Assembly (NCBI RefSeq): GCF_006345805.1
Contig: NC_043000.1
Coordinates: forward strand, 53,320,001 to 53,384,000
Direction: 5' to 3'
Origin: Octopus sinensis
Lineage: Eukaryota
DNA length: 64,000 nt
Shown here: in pieces, positions 12,700 to 27,829 of the stretch
Layout of the letters: each line of letters begins with the position of its first letter
How positions within the stretch are numbered: position 1 is the stretch's first letter
The notes under the pieces: generated by a model
Database searches by the model: none
The model's input: the letters and a program-made list of their open reading frames with translations, nothing else
Told to the model about the DNA's origin: nothing
Translations under genes and position numbers: made by a program

Positions 12700-13305
12700 G
12701 ATTTCATTTATTTACCTCCCGAGCGAAGGATGAGAGAAATAATGCAATGACAGACATAAAGCGCTGTGGTTTACATATAATGAAATGATAAAATAATTAT
12801 AAAAAAGTAAAAAAAAATAAAGCGTGTAGGTATACACGGAAGTATACAAGGAAGGGACAAAAACAGTATACAAAAGTTTTTAAAAATTATATATAACGGG
12901 CGCGTTTTTCCTGAGCATTTCTATAACCTTATGAAACGTATGATATCATTTGGAAGGGTATAAAGTCATATATTTATGCATTTCATATTAATACATTATG
13001 TATTTTTTCTCCGAAAATATTGCGTCGTTGCATTAAATTTGACGACTGCAATATTCACTTTAAGAAATGGTAAGAACTTAATGATCCCAATCCAAGAAAA
13101 TATTTCAAATTCCACTTTGAGGTGAATTCAATTCACTGATGCTGCTTATGTTACGAAGAAATGCATAGATATAAAACGCAAACTGCATATATTTCTCTTG
13201 CAAAATCTCTGACTTCATGCCCTTCAAAAGGGAAGGAAAACCAATATTCCATAACATACGTTCAATATGATGATAGAAAAGCGAAAGAAATACAGGCATA
13301 TTTTT

Positions 13306-13377
13306 ATCCTCATCCTCATCATCACCATCACCACAACCACCACCACTACCACCACCACTACCACCACCACCCTCACC

Positions 13378-13409
<32 letters not shown>

Positions 13410-13412
13410 TAT
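13306..13412. repeat. (CAT/CAC)n microsatellite
   Basis: Directly visible. It is the source of the poly-His ORF. Confidence 0.9.
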
Positions 13413-13800
13413 TATGACGAATGAGGCAGAAAGTAGTATGTAGCTTGGTTTGTTACCTTTGATGCAGTACATCTTTCTAATCTCACTCGATTTCTCCCGC
13501 AGGTTATACAGCAAAATACTATAGGAATATTATCAAAATATATCCTAAACAGATGATGGAAATGAAGTTGTCAGAACTGCCTAGAAGGCTTCCACAAAAG
13601 AATGCAATATATGAATATATTTATTTGTTTATGCATTTATTTAATGATATTTTTCCATGATTTGCTTAAATTTCTTTTATTGTCAAGAAGCATAATTTTA
13701 CGTGACGACAAGAACAACAGTAAAATCAGAATCAATGTGACATTTCAGTTTTCATTAATACCTCTCTGAGTTTGCTTAAATTATTAACATACTTCTATGT

Positions 13801-13841
<41 letters not shown>

Positions 13842-14539
13842 ATGTATATATATATATATTATATATATATATATATATATACATGTGCTGCAGTTAAGAG
13901 AAAATATGCATATTACCTACTTTGACTCATTATCACAGGCACATTCTTATAATTACTTATACTTATTTGCTCTTTATCTCTGTAGCTCTCTTTCTATCGC
14001 TATCTCTCTATCTCTCATGTACACGCGTAGACGTCATTATATCCGGGTGACTGTACAGTGAACGATTTGGTCGACGGCAACTCGTGACCAGGTTAGTGAA
14101 ATTACCTGCATTTCACTGTTGGCATCTAAAGACGCACGTTTCGAATTTTGTTTATTATTTTTAGTAATATTCTTGTTTCTTAAAGCACAGAGTTATGTAT
14201 AATTGATTAACCGTTTTGAAGACATACAACCTTTTCCCATTAGCACATCCATAATGTAACTTAGCATGTTTTAATGATTTAAAAACCTGTAAACTTAAAA
14301 CACATGCAATGACAGGTAAGATGTTTACTTTGGAGTTATTTTATTTAAAGTATTGTCGTTCAGTTTCGTTGCATACATTATTTTAAAAGTAGGAGACAAA
14401 TTTGCAATGATACAGAAATAACTATACAATGTGAGCATTTTTCATTTTTAGTGTTTCCCCACTTCTGATTTCATACCCTGCATAGACTTAGTCTTCTCTG
14501 TTGTGGTTTGAGTAAATAAATACAAGAGAGCTCGTATTT

Positions 14540-14735
14540 GCTGGCTTCAACTTCTAGAAATAGTAGCCAAATTTTTGTAAACTTTCACCCATTCTCTTAA
14601 ATCACGAAGGATACTTTTGACAATAAATTCCTAGCTGCACTCTATATTTGAGAATATACAGTAAACATCTAGAGGAACATCATCTATCATTTCTCTGCTC
14701 GATCAGACCTGACCTGTGAGTTAGACAGCGTCAAC
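14540..14735 (-). repeat. Old interspersed repeat family 3 (~200 bp, class unknown), representative copy
   Basis: Consensus ttgttgtt..agcc..aggtca..cctgatcgagcaga..tatgatcaaa..attcca..catgaccat..ctaggactac..gatttggctgctatttctag. Diverged copies at ~38920, 47250, 49960, 51280, 59090, 61640, 61815, 62220(+62720) and 63355. Confidence 0.6.
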
Positions 14736-17700
14736 TTCACGGCCGTTTAATCGATAATAGTTTCCATTTTCTACGATATACTTTGTGCCTTGTTAAAAGG
14801 AAGTTTATTTTCAATGTTGAGTAGCGCGTGCATTGGCCTCGTGAGATTCCTCCTTACTTTATGGACGGCACAATGTTACATCCCTTCAGCACGCTCTAAT
14901 GACAGGTCCTCTTCGCAAAGAGAAACATTGTATTTACGAGTAATATAATTAGATTACTTAATAAAGTTAAAATCATATAGTAGGAAATGACAGCGGACAG
15001 AAAGCAGAACAGTTTTAATTTCAGTTGAAGCCATTCAATCTAAATTATGTTATTTATACGATATGAAATGGACCCTATCTCGTACCCTGTTCGAAATCTC
15101 CGCGATTTCAAAACTACAAAATTTTTTTGCTTTAATTGGTTTTGGCAGTTTTCATTAATTATTCAACTAATTAGTGTCTTTATTAATTTTATAGTGAACT
15201 AAATGTATTTAACATTTTAGCAGTCCAAGCATTAGTCCGTTAAAATGATGTGCGAAGTATTTCTTTCAAATATATTGAGGAACAGAATGTTACAGTTGTG
15301 CTTACAAACAATTTTAAAGATGGCCGGAGAATTCCATATGTATCACGGTATCTAATATCACTGGTGCTGGAATGCCGGAGGCTAAAAGCAATTTCGGAGA
15401 GAAAACTAAATTCAGTATAATCTTTTTCAGCCAAATGTTTCACGCATCGCTAAACACTCGTTGACTTCGAGTGTATATGAACTTTTAACTAATATTCTAA
15501 AAGTCCCGGTAATTACTTAGCAGCGAGTCTGTGAAGAAATGAGTGATGAAGTAATTATGTCAGTGAACTGTTTTTAATCTTAAAAGGTATTTTGTAACAA
15601 CATAAATAGCGATAAAACCTTTAATACTCTTGAAAGATCTATGTTAAATATAAAACCAGAAAAAGAAATCATAAATCGTTTCAGCTGTGAGATTTTTTGC
15701 TTTTATCAGACAACATCATTCTGCAACGCCACATGAATCATTACAATTCAATATCAGATCTTCTACCTGATGGTTCGATCTATTACAAAGACCACACCGA
15801 CATGAATCAAAACAATGTTTACAATTTTAAGAAAGAAAGGAATCTAGCATATTACATTTTTAGATATTAAACAGTTTGATGGTCGTGGCTGTAACGTAAC
15901 GAACGGTAGTTTCTGCCATATGGAGCTAGTGACTAAGATCTTCATTATTAGATCTCATTAATTGCTACATATGTTTCGGTTAAACTCCGCAAAATGTTTG
16001 AGCGTTACATTGATAACAATCAGAATTATCTATATTTCTTTTGAAGATACTTAGTAAATTATTATATGCTATGTAAGAACCTGAATACGTGGTAATTAAT
16101 TCGGTTGCTTAGTTGTAGACTACATCAGGAATGTAATCATAACAATCTAGAAATAAAATTCGCTTACAGAAGATGCCCCTCAGTATATCAATTCCTTACT
16201 GCTTAACAGAAATATGAGACACACATAGATACAATATATTTAATGTTCCAAACTGTTGCTTTCCAGACATGAAATTCTTTTCTTAATTCTGAATTCGTAC
16301 TGTACCATTCGGTTCACGCACTAAATTATAGTATGGTATTGCCTGCATAATACGTATGCATCTACTTCCGGTAATATCATTAATAAAGTGATTGTTTGAA
16401 AAGATTTAAGAACAACGCGCCCAAACTTATATTAAGAGACAATAATTCAGGATACAATAGTAATAATCTAATAACATTTTGATATTGATGTGTAATTATT
16501 TTGTGAGTGAAAAGAATACTTGTTAAATATCCATTTGCATAAAATTAATGATGTGTTCGGAATGCATATGCGTCCTCAACCTCAGATCCTAGATAACAAA
16601 AAAGAGGCAGTATTGTCTAAACTATGTATCTGATGTTTATTCGAACCATTATTTGCCATGACATTTATACAAAGATATCCGACATTGTTGAAAATTCTTT
16701 CCGCTTTACTTAGATACAAATTATTCGAAAATTTTTACCGAGATATATGAGTGATGGAACAATAGACGATGGCTTCAAATAAATACGTTAAGAGGAAAAA
16801 AATATTAATAACATGCCAAAAACAAAAGTGATTGCTTCCTTTTCATATGCATATTTTAGTTTACGTAGGTAACTTTACGGAAAGATTCATATTGCTTACT
16901 TCAAGCGCACTCTTTTGTTTCATTTGCATTATTGATGCTACATGAATGGCTTCAGAATTGACGTAATACATATTCATGACAGATATTCATGCGCAGGATG
17001 TGTCATTACAAAAGTCTTGTCAATATTTATCTGAACAGATTCTTTTTTTTGCCAGAAAATGAATCGAGAATATTGAAAGCCCATGGAAACAAAAATGATA
17101 CAAAGAAAAGTAAAAAGCAACGAAAGTTACTTGGGAAGAAGCACGCTTGTAAATGGCGGAAAATGTATTTATATTGCCAGAATTTGCAATCAGTTGCACT
17201 TGATCAACTAGAAGAAGGTCATGTACTTCTTAACAGATTCTTATTTTTATAAAAAGAGGCAAAATATATTTGACAAAGGGATAAACTGAAAACAATTTGA
17301 AAACAATATCCTGATTTAAATTAATGGTTTTAAAAAATACAACTGCAAAACCAAAAAAAAGTTAGTATCATCATCGCGTACAGAGTAACTATGTTACTTT
17401 AATGGTATAATTTCAAATGCTGCTAATATCAGTTTTACTTTCATTCATCTTTGATTAAATATATTTAGTTACTATTGATACAATTTAGTTATTCCAGTAC
17501 ATTTCCTTCTATACAAACACAATAACTGCAGCACTTCAAAACAAAGTTATTTAAATGAAGTTTCATATATTGAAAAGAATGTGACAATTTTCCCGCTGAT
17601 CATGTTAATACGCTACACGTATACTTTTAATAATTTCAGGGATTAGACCGAGATCGGGGTAAGTACGACCTTCTATTTTAGTTTATCATCTCGGCCAAAG

Positions 17701-17836
17701 TGCATATTTCAATCTTTATCGAACTTTCTTGCACGGCCAAGATACCCTGCGGTCATAGATCAGCGTAAGATATTATACCATTTTACACTGGTAATCCTAA
17801 ACCGAAGCATGTATACATTTACCTGAATATATATAC

Positions 17837-17868
<32 letters not shown>

Positions 17869-19862
17869 ATGTGAATGTGTGTGTTTATGTGTGTGTGTGT
17901 GTGTTTACGTGTCTATGCATGTGTGTGTGTGCGTGGGTGTGTGCATGCCTGCGTGAGGCGAGTGCGTGCACATTCATAGCCGGCATTTTTTTTGAAAATA
18001 ATTTTGTCGAAACATTTTTGCACAAATACACATTCGTAGAAAAACATATTAAATGCAATGGAATTTCATATCGACTAACTTTTGCATTAAAATATCCTAT
18101 GGTTATTTTAAAATTAAAAGAACAAATTATTTTCAAATGAAATATCATTTCACTTCATTTTAAAATCATCTGTTTTTATAGAAGAAAATATCGGTATGCA
18201 TATATACATCAAAAATTAATCTCTCCTATTTTGAAATAACTTATTGTGGTATGAAAATGATAAGGACAAATCATTTTTTAAATGAAATATATTTCCAGCT
18301 ATATTATCAGACCATCTCTGTTTATTTTAATCCTTTTAAATGAGAAAATAGAGGCAAATTCGAGGAAAGAAATATCCATCACAAATATAAATCATTCATT
18401 ATATCCAATATTAATCGCAATACATCGAATATAATCCAAATATTAATATTTTCATCATTCAACAAAAGAGTTAAAATTCTTTACAAGTTAGGACACATTT
18501 GACAGTTTTTCGCACAATGGAAACATCAATTTACATAATAGTTATCCGAGCATCAAATCAACAGCATCTTATACAAATTAAACATTTCAATATGATTTAA
18601 AGATAGAAGCAGTCTGTATATGGCAGGATTCAAATGGATTAATTGCGTGATCCTCGTCTTGGTTATAATATACATATTCCAGACGGAAAGATTGAATAAC
18701 GATTCACTATACCTTCCACAACACCTTTTTTGTCTTAAATGCATAAACACACTCACAATTATTTGACTGCATCTCATTTAGCAAAATATTTTAAAGTTAC
18801 TGAAAACCACCTGAAAGATATTCTCACTTACAATATATCTGTTTTCCTATATTTTCACTATACATATGTGTGTCTAGATTACCTACGTAAGCATATATAA
18901 AGAGATGGTAAACAATGCCATCAATACGGAATATTCGAGTATCGCTATGACAATTCTGTGAATGGTTGTGGAGTACCCAATTTTGAATACAGAATTTAAT
19001 GTTTCCTCTTCTTTATTAGTAAGAGTAAAACTAATAATTTTTCTGATATTGTACCATGCCTCAAATTTTATACGCAAAATATAGTTGACTTGCTGTGTCA
19101 AATACTTTTATTGGTGCTTATTTTATGAATGGCGATGGGAAAAATTGATTATGAAACAGTTGGGTTGCAGATGCCTAAAGAAAATAACTCAGTACCACAG
19201 GTTATTTTTCGTTTCCTATTCTCACTACCCAATGTTCATCTAATAACTGTTTTTGACTAAGGCACACGACCAGAACAATTGAATGGATGCTAGTTCTTGA
19301 CAGATACTTACGCAGTTAATTATGGTATAACCAGTATGTATACTTGAAGTATATTACCGATGCTTTTTTAATGAGTGATTTTTATTTCATGATAATGAAA
19401 AATATCTTCCATATTACCTGTTATATGTAATCGCTTAATTCTGATGAAAACATTAAAAATTTTCAAAAATATTTTTTTAAAAGGCAGCCGATTCTAATCT
19501 CACGATTAATTTGTAATAATTTTTCTAACACATTTTAAAATATTTCCGAATGTTTTAATTTTTCTACTAATATATTTTTGACCAAAGTTCCTATAATCCC
19601 AACCACTGGCCGCAGTCAAATGATTTAAACAAGTAGTAAAAGAATAAAATAATATGGAAACCTAGATGACATGTCATCAACAGAGGATCGAGTAAGCATC
19701 AAACTTGAACTCGTTCCCCAATTTACTTCATATATTCATATTTCAACAGGACAGGAATTCTTCCATTTTAAAACCTGAGAGAATCTGTTTCAATCTTGGC
19801 TTTCTGAAATAATTTAACGGAGTAAATTTGGTAAATACTGAGAGTCCGATATTTTGAATATT

Positions 19863-20077
19863 TTCTACTCTAGGCACAAGGCCCGAAATTTTGGGGGAGG
19901 GGGCCAGTCGATTAGATCGACTCCAGTATGCAACTGGTACTTAATTTATCGACTCCGAAAGGATGAAAGGCTAAGTCGGCCTCGGCAGAATTTGAATTCA
20001 AAATGTAAAGACAGACGAAATACAGCTAAGCATTTCGTCCGGCGTGCTAACGTTTCTGCCTGCTCGCCGCCTTCTTG
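19863..20077 (-). mobile_element. SINE family 2 full-length monomer with 13-bp TSD
   Basis: tattttgaatatt at 19850-19862 and 20078-20090 flanks a head-to-tail complete copy. Confidence 0.9.
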
Positions 20078-21104
20078 TATTTTGAATATTATGATATTAA
20101 ATGCTTTGAAATACTGCATGGTCTCACTGTAGACATTGGAAAACCTTAAATCTCGAACGATATTTCTGTTATTTATTATTTTATATACAATGAACTATAT
20201 CATAGATATTCTTTCCTTCATTATCTTCAGAGATTTCCAATTCATGCGGAAAGACAATGCGGGTTTATGACACAGTTCATTTACGATGGATATTAATAGC
20301 TCTATCAAAATGAAAGCTTATGTAGAAATCACTAATCAGCTATTATAACGTTTCGGCAGATAGCGTTAATATATAGAAGCTGGACAGATCTTTTTTACAT
20401 CGTTGATTAAGAGTAAATGCGCCAAGTAATCAAGATGTGTTTAATGCTCAACATATTTTACTAGAGATAAATAACTGTTATAATCAAGCGAGATAAAAGG
20501 AAATTTTGTCTCATTTTTCCTCTTTATTTTTATCGTAATAGTCAAGTTGATTGTAGAAATTGACGATATTCCAACATATTTATTCATTTAAAATACTTTT
20601 GTAAATATTGTCCACTATATGTCGCAGATTATGCTCCCTAATTAGCGTCGGCTTCTATATTGTTTTAGATTGTACCTTGAGATGATATTGCCATTTCCCA
20701 ACTACTGAAATATCTAATGAGAGAATGCATCTTCGTATCCACAAAGTGATTATCGTACTTCTTCAAATGTCTCATTCTACATTTCACTCAATGAATCAAT
20801 GCAATTGAATAGATATGATATTTATCCCTATGTATTTGTTTGTGCGTGTGGGTACTGGAGTTGCAAAATGGATGCAAAAATGATATTCTGTTGATCTTAA
20901 GAGCTAGCCTTCTATAACCACATTAGCTTGTAAAATGTACAATATTGCACTATACAATTTATAACATACACTTTAGTGCAGACATGCAAAATAAATGATT
21001 ATACATTAAAATAAATTATTATTCCATGATGTTGGCTGCGAAACGATCGACATCTTATAGATAACTGTTGAAATAATATATCCACCCTATAATTTATATT
21101 CTAT

Positions 21105-21335
21105 GCATACACACATACATACATACATACATAAATACATACATACATACATACATACATACATACATACATACATACATACATACATACATACATAAGC
21201 CTAATACTTATTCTATCAGTCGTCTTTGCTGAACCGTTAAGTTACGGGAACGTAAACCTACCAACCGGTTGTCAAGCGATGATAGGATGGGTGCACAAAC
21301 ACAGACACTAAAACAACACCCACACACATGACGGG
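21105..21335 (-). mobile_element. (TACA)n tract plus internal fragment of SINE family 1
   Basis: tacttattctatcagt..gctgaaccgttaagttacggg..ggttgtcaagcgat..acaaacacagacac. Confidence 0.8.
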
Positions 21336-22330
21336 TTTGGATCTAGGTTAGAAACTTGCTCTTTCGCTTTTGGCAAATCTTGAAATAAAACTGAACAATG
21401 ACATACATAAGTACACCACATATATAAGATATACATATTAATCGTTATTTAACCACCTACATTTTACGATGTAGGTGGCTGCTGCGAATATTAACGTTGC
21501 TTATAGTATGTTAAATTACAAGAAACATTGCAAATGGAACAGTTGTTTCCAAAATATTAACTCTAATTTATTTTCAGTATGTTGCTATTTTACCTAAAAT
21601 TGTTGCCTCGCAATCCCACGTTAACTAAGGCATAAATCTTATAAAATTAATGAATATGTGGGGAATATCATCAATCATAATACATGCATTCGTACGTAGA
21701 TACGCACGCTCGCACACACGCACACACGAACACAAATACCCACACTTACGGGTGTGTGCACGCGTGTCTGTATATGTGTGTGAATGCACATGTATACATA
21801 TGTAAATGAGAGATTGATGCATTGATTAATTGATTGACATAAGTTCACATGCTTTTATATATGCATTTAACTTATGTATGTTTACATGTAACCATGAAAT
21901 TAATCAAGCTTTATACTTAAACAATGCTGATAATTTTTCATTATGATTAATTAATATTGTTGAGAATACTGTTATATTTATAGTCCATATCATGAAAACC
22001 ACGTTTTCGTTGTCAACCCGAATCATATCGCAATATTTGCGAATATTCTTAAATTTATGAATAACGTTCGTGGTCTACATTAGATTTTTGATCTTCATAT
22101 ATAGCACTACTTACTATATTTAGATATATATTGCCACTTGGTTACAATGCTGAACAATCTACCTTTTATCTGGGATTTCACTTCAGCATGCCTTATTAAC
22201 AGTTGTGATTAATTTGTTTTGATACTCCATTGACTGTAATTAAACTGATTAGTCCAAGCATATGATTTCTTTCTACCAAAATATGAACACGAATGAGAGA
22301 AACAAATATTATCGATGAACTTGCTATATA

Positions 22331-23507
22331 CCAGGTGGATTCAAATGTTTTTCGTTTTTCAAACTTTAGTTAAAGTTCAAACAAATTACATATGAATAGC
22401 GTTTATTCATCAAAATGTATCTCATAATTTTCTATTGTATGTTGCCATCGTTGTACCAGACGCCCAATTCCATGCTTATACCATTTTGATAGTTTTGAAG
22501 GCGAAATCTCCATGCATCCATTTTCAACTTCATCCACATTTTTTAATCTCCGTCCGTGCAGAAAATTAGTCATGACTAGAAAAATCTGATAATCTGATGT
22601 TCACTGTCTGGACTGTAAAAAGGGTGAAGCAACAACTTCCAGTCCCTCAAGTTTGAAGTTGGACACATTGGCAATGTGTATTGGGGAATTGAAATAGTCT
22701 AGTAGAGCAAGTTCTCGATTTACCAGTGCCTGGTACTCGCGGCAGTTGTTAACCACAGAAGTTATAGTTGAAAGCATGACCATTTGGGAAAAGCTCAACA
22801 TGCAGTACCCCTTCTAAATTCCACCAAACACACAACATGACCCTCTGTTCAAACCGCCCTTGTTTGACAGCAGGTACTGAAGCTCAGCCGGAACGAAGCC
22901 ACTGATTTGTTTTCGCCAAATAGATCCATTTTTCCTCCCCAATTACAATTTGACGCCATAAACGGTCGTTTCGAGAATTTGTCAGCAGTCGGTTTCAAAT
23001 GTTCATACGACACTGAGCCTAGTCATTGGTCAGTTCATGACGAGATTCTCAACATCGACTGTTCAAAATGGAGGTTTCGATTGAGGATACTTTATGAATG
23101 ACTGAGCACTGATAAACATTATGAAGTCATGTGCTTAGCTGTTCTTCAAGGAAGCAAGGCCTCCTTTTCCACATCAGAAGATCTCTCTGAAATTTGTCTT
23201 CGAGGTTGGAGTCATCCTCCTTGACAGTTCATGGACCTTCCACATCATTCAATTCTTTCCCCGTTGACCTTATACTCACTCCTATTCACCACAGGTAGAC
23301 TAAAAGGCTCTAATTGCAATTTTTCAATATACATTATCGAAGTTAAAATAAAGGGTAAACAATTAATGTTTATATGTTACATATGGAAATAAAAATGAAC
23401 AATTTAGCATCGATAGGACAACTTGTATCAAATAAGTAATATAACATGAGATACAAGTTGCCAAAACTTATTAGTGAAAACCCGAAAAAGCTTTCGACTC
23501 AACCTGG
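22331..23507 (-). mobile_element. Decayed mariner (DD34D-type) transposon with both TIRs
   Basis: TA-ccaggtggattcaaatgtttttcg ... cgaaaaagctttcgactcaacctgg-TA. Transposase remnants: QIVIG.EKWIY, RVMLCVWWNLEGVLHVELFPNG, YSPD..SDYQIF, WYKHGIGRLVQRWQHTIE. Confidence 0.85.
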
Positions 23508-24717
23508 TACATATCAATACTTACTTGAAAGTTATTTGTAGTTAAGCGAATGGAAAGCATGTCTGTACACTGATTCCTGTTTATCATAATATTTTTCAAA
23601 TGGCCCTTACATACAACCATATGTGCTGTACCATATATATTGAAGAGATTGAAACTTTATTGAAGATTGAAATTCCTCCTTATATGGGATATTGTTAATA
23701 TTTCTTAGCTGCTAATTTTTTTCATGCAGTACGATGATGTATTTGTTTTGGTACAGACACCACTTTACCAAACAATTCAAGAAATTGTTAAATTTTGTCG
23801 TGAAGTGTGATATTATATGTGGTATATATTTCAGTAATGGATATGAGCTGCCATTTATATCTTCTTGTCAGTGAAATACGTATCTAATGTCGTTATCGTT
23901 TGCTATGTGTTTAACTCGGGTTGGACAAAGTATGATCAAAGGCGTATTACCTGTTACATCAATTTTTATCCAGAGAGTGTACCAAGACGATACGTCTTCA
24001 ATTGCTTGTTAAAGGTGTGTCTGCACCAAAACAAATACGTTATGTTAAGAGGAATGACAGGCTGGCGTATTTAGCAAGTCAAAAATCAGCTACAAGCTTC
24101 CACCATATCTCAAATAATACAGGGTAATACTACTCATCACGCAAGGTTTAATCAAATTACAACAAGACGAAAACACATGTTGATGCACTGAATGCTTCTC
24201 GCTAAAACTACACGAGTCAACAACCTATTCAAAATGTAATTAAATTGATTCGCACTCTATACCGAAGTTGATTCAATCCACTCAAAATCGTTTCAAAGAT
24301 TTTGGAGTTTTCGAAAAGAAAATATTATTGTTCGTCTTATCTGTGACACAAGTAATTAAGAATAATTTTGTCAAAGCTGAAAAGAGAAATCAAGTAACAT
24401 GTCTTGATGTTATTTATTTGCGTAAAAGAAACGAAGAACATCAACGTTTTCGTTTGAACAAAGCACCTACGTAATTCTTTTTACACACATATATGAAATT
24501 GATATGCCCAAAATATCAGAATTTACTACACATATAACAGTATTTCTAAAATCTAAATATTGTTCATTTTGTGTTTGAATACAGCCAAGACAGGTGGTAA
24601 AATTGTAGAAACGTTGGATATTTTGACAAACATTGCGTCCGACTCTGCAACAGGCATTCATCCAGACTCTTAAAACTTCATGATTCCAAACTATATATCT
24701 TCATTCTCGAATATGAT

Positions 24718-25141
24718 TTACTCTCTTACTCTTTTACTTGTTTCAGTCATTTGACTGCGGCCATGCTGGAGCAGCGCCTTTAGTCGAGCACATCGACCCC
24801 AGGACTTATTCTTTGTAAGCCTAGTACTTATTCTATCAGTCTCTTTTGCCGAACCGCTAAGTTACGGGGATGTAAACACACAAGCATCGGTTGTCAAGCG
24901 ATGTTGGGGGGACAAACACAGACACAGAAACACACACACACACACATATAACATACATACATACATATATATATATATATGTACGACGAGCTTCTTTCAG
25001 TTTCCTTCTACCAAATCCACTCACAAGGATTTGGTCGGCCCGAGGCTATTGTAGAAGACACTTGCCCAAGGTACTACGCAGTGGGACTGAACCTGGAACC
25101 ATGTGGTTCGTAAGCAAGCTACATACCACACAGCCACTCCT
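24718..25141 (-). mobile_element. SINE family 1, near full length
   Basis: Collinear with 9293-9705. Confidence 0.9.
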
Positions 25142-25254
25142 ACATTCAGAAATGTAATACATATTCTATGGATATAGAGATGAAAAGAACATGATGTAAT
25201 CCATCTTAACTACATTTACTATATTTATGTATATACACATACACACACACGCAC

Positions 25255-26186
25255 ACGAGTGTGGGTTGAACGGTCCATAGGCTGACTATGCAGGCCTGAT
25301 GCTAGAACTGTGAAATCGTCCTTACATCAATTCTATCTTTTCTCTGCATTGTTTCTTCCCAGGTAAACTGACATCTGACTGTTAAAAGGCCACTTCAAAT
25401 GTAACGAGTAATGACTTCTCATGAAAATAGACAACATTTGGTAACGTAGTCTTACTAAGTACCTGCAGAAAAATGACATTCATACTGACATGGTTGCTAC
25501 ATTAGGGGGTGACGCTCCAGCTTCAACAACTTATATAGCTGAATTTTAGATGGAAGGAGAATTTAAAGATGACGCAAAGTCTGCACATCCTGCTGCTGCC
25601 ATCACATGGTGAGGGATGACAGGTGATTGACAAAAAAATCAAATAGATATTGCTATTACCATGTCCCATGAAAGATTTCAGGATATTCTGCACTATGCAT
25701 TTAGCATGACAGAAGTTTCTGCTCGAGGGGCATTACGTTTTATGATAACTGATCGAAAGCGCAACCAAGATTATCACGTCACGGTAAAATCTGACATTAT
25801 TTGAGGCAGATCGAGTTGGTTTCCTTAAATGTTTTCTAACTCAGGATTAGAGTTGGCTTCATCACTCTGAGCCAGCGACAAAAAGACAATTAATGCAGAA
25901 GAAATGCTCTTTCTTACCTGGTCTCATGATGTAATCCCATCTGAGTATCATCTGTTTCGCAACAGGAAAAAAATTACTAGGCTAGGAACCAGTATTGCAG
26001 TGATGATGACATCATATCTGATGTTGATGAATGTTTTGGCATCTTTGCCACAGGGATCCAAGCACTGCAACCACAATGGAAGAGGTGTGTGGACCACAAA
26101 AGGGATTGTATTTAAAATAAATCTCATTAGCTCATGTTGCATGAGAGTATCTGTTTCTGTCTATGTCCTCTTCAGCCGACACTCGT
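25255..26186 (+). mobile_element. Internally deleted mariner transposon
   Basis: Imperfect TIRs acgagtgtgggttgaacggtccatag / ctatgtcctcttcagccgacactcgt-A. Remnants: AEFRW..LKDDAKSAHP, EVSAR, FLTQD*SWLHHSEP, PWSHDVIPSEYHLF (YSPDLAPSDYHLF-like), QGIQALQPQWKRCV. Confidence 0.85.
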
Positions 26187-26264
26187 ATATACAGAGAGAG
26201 AGAGAGGAGGAGGAGAGAGACGATAGGGGTGAACAGTGTGAATGAATGCTCAATACTGCATTGG

Positions 26265-26453
<189 letters not shown>

Positions 26454-26815
26454 TTCCATAATATTAATTTTTTTTAACCTCTAGTATTACTAATGATAGT
26501 TAACAATTATGATCTGCCTGCCAACACTATTTAACCAGTCATTTTTCTTTTTTTTTTGTCAACGACAGAACGATAAATGTGATAGAAATTCTGGCGAATT
26601 TTTGATTTCCGATGGACTGCAAACTTGTGAATACATAAAAGTTACTTGCTTGACGCTCTATCTACTTTGTCATTCAAATTGTTGTTTTAAATATAGTGAA
26701 ACTAAAAACACCCAGCGTATCTTCACTGAAGGAAAAATAGAAGAAATTATTTCGAAATGAACGAAATTTCATAAATGAATGTTTCGATTCAGCGATATAA
26801 CAGGTATGTAATTAT

Positions 26816-27829
26816 GGCGGCGAGCTGGCAGAAGCATTAGCACGCCGGGGCGAAGTGCGTCGAAGTATTTCGTCTGCCGTTGCGTTCTGAGTTCAAATTC
26901 CACCGAGGTCGACTCTGCCTTTCATCCTTTCGGGGTCGATAAAGTAAGTACCAGTTACGCACTGGGGTCGATATAATCGACTTAATCCGTTTGTCTGTCC
27001 TTGTTTGTCTTCTCTGAGTTTCGCCTCTTGTGGGTAATAAAGAAATAGGTATCTCGTCTACCGTTACGTTCTGAGTTCAAATTCCGCCGAGGTCGACTTT
27101 GCCATTCATCCTTTCGGGGTCGATAATTTAAATAGCAGTTACGCACAGGGGTGGATGCAATCGACTTAATACTTTTGTCTGTCCTTGTTTGATCCCTCTA
27201 TGTTTAGCTCCTTGTGGGTAATAAATAATTAAGAAACGTTAACACGCTGAGCGAAATGCGTCGAAGTATTTCGTCTGCCGTTACGCTCTGAATTCAAATT
27301 CCACCGAGGTTGACTTTGCCTTTCATCCTTTCGGGGTCGATTAAATAAGTACCAATTACGCGCTGGGGTCGATATAATCGACTTAATCCGTTTGTCTGTT
27401 CTTTGTTGTCCTCTCTGTGTTTAGCCCCTTGTGGATAGTAAAGAAATAGGTATTTCGTCTGCCGCTACGTGCTGAGTTCAAATTCCGCCGAGGTCGACAT
27501 TGTCTTTCATCCTTTCGGGGTCGATTATATAAGTACCATTTATGCACTGGGGTCGATATAATCGACTTAATCCTTTTGTCTGTCCTTGTTTGTTCCCTCT
27601 ATGTTTAGCCCCTTTTGGGTAATAAATAAATAAGAAACTTTAGCACGCCGAGCGAAATGCGTCGCAGTATTTCGTGTTATGTTACGTTCTGAGTTCAAAA
27701 TCCGCCGAGGTTGACTTTGCCTTTCATTCTTTCGGGGTCGATAAGTTAAGTATCAGTTGCGTACTGAGGTCGATCTAATCGACTGATCCCCTCCCCCAAA
27801 ATTTTGGGCCTTGTGCCTAGACTAGAAAC
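26816..27829 (+). mobile_element. Five-unit tandem array of SINE family 2 (184+217 bp dimer, 401-bp period)
   Basis: ctga(g/a)ttcaaa anchors at 26887, 27071, 27288, 27472 and 27689. One head at 26816 and one canonical tail at ~27790-27829. Confidence 0.9.

Noticed and set aside
12418-13514. Poly-Asn, poly-Ile, poly-Leu and poly-His ORFs
   Set aside because: They are translations of (AAT/GAT)n and (CAT/CAC)n microsatellites with no splice or domain context.
26816-27829. CRISPR-like or tRNA-gene array
   Set aside because: The units are wholly repeated SINE bodies with no unique spacers, no cas genes and no complete cloverleaf.
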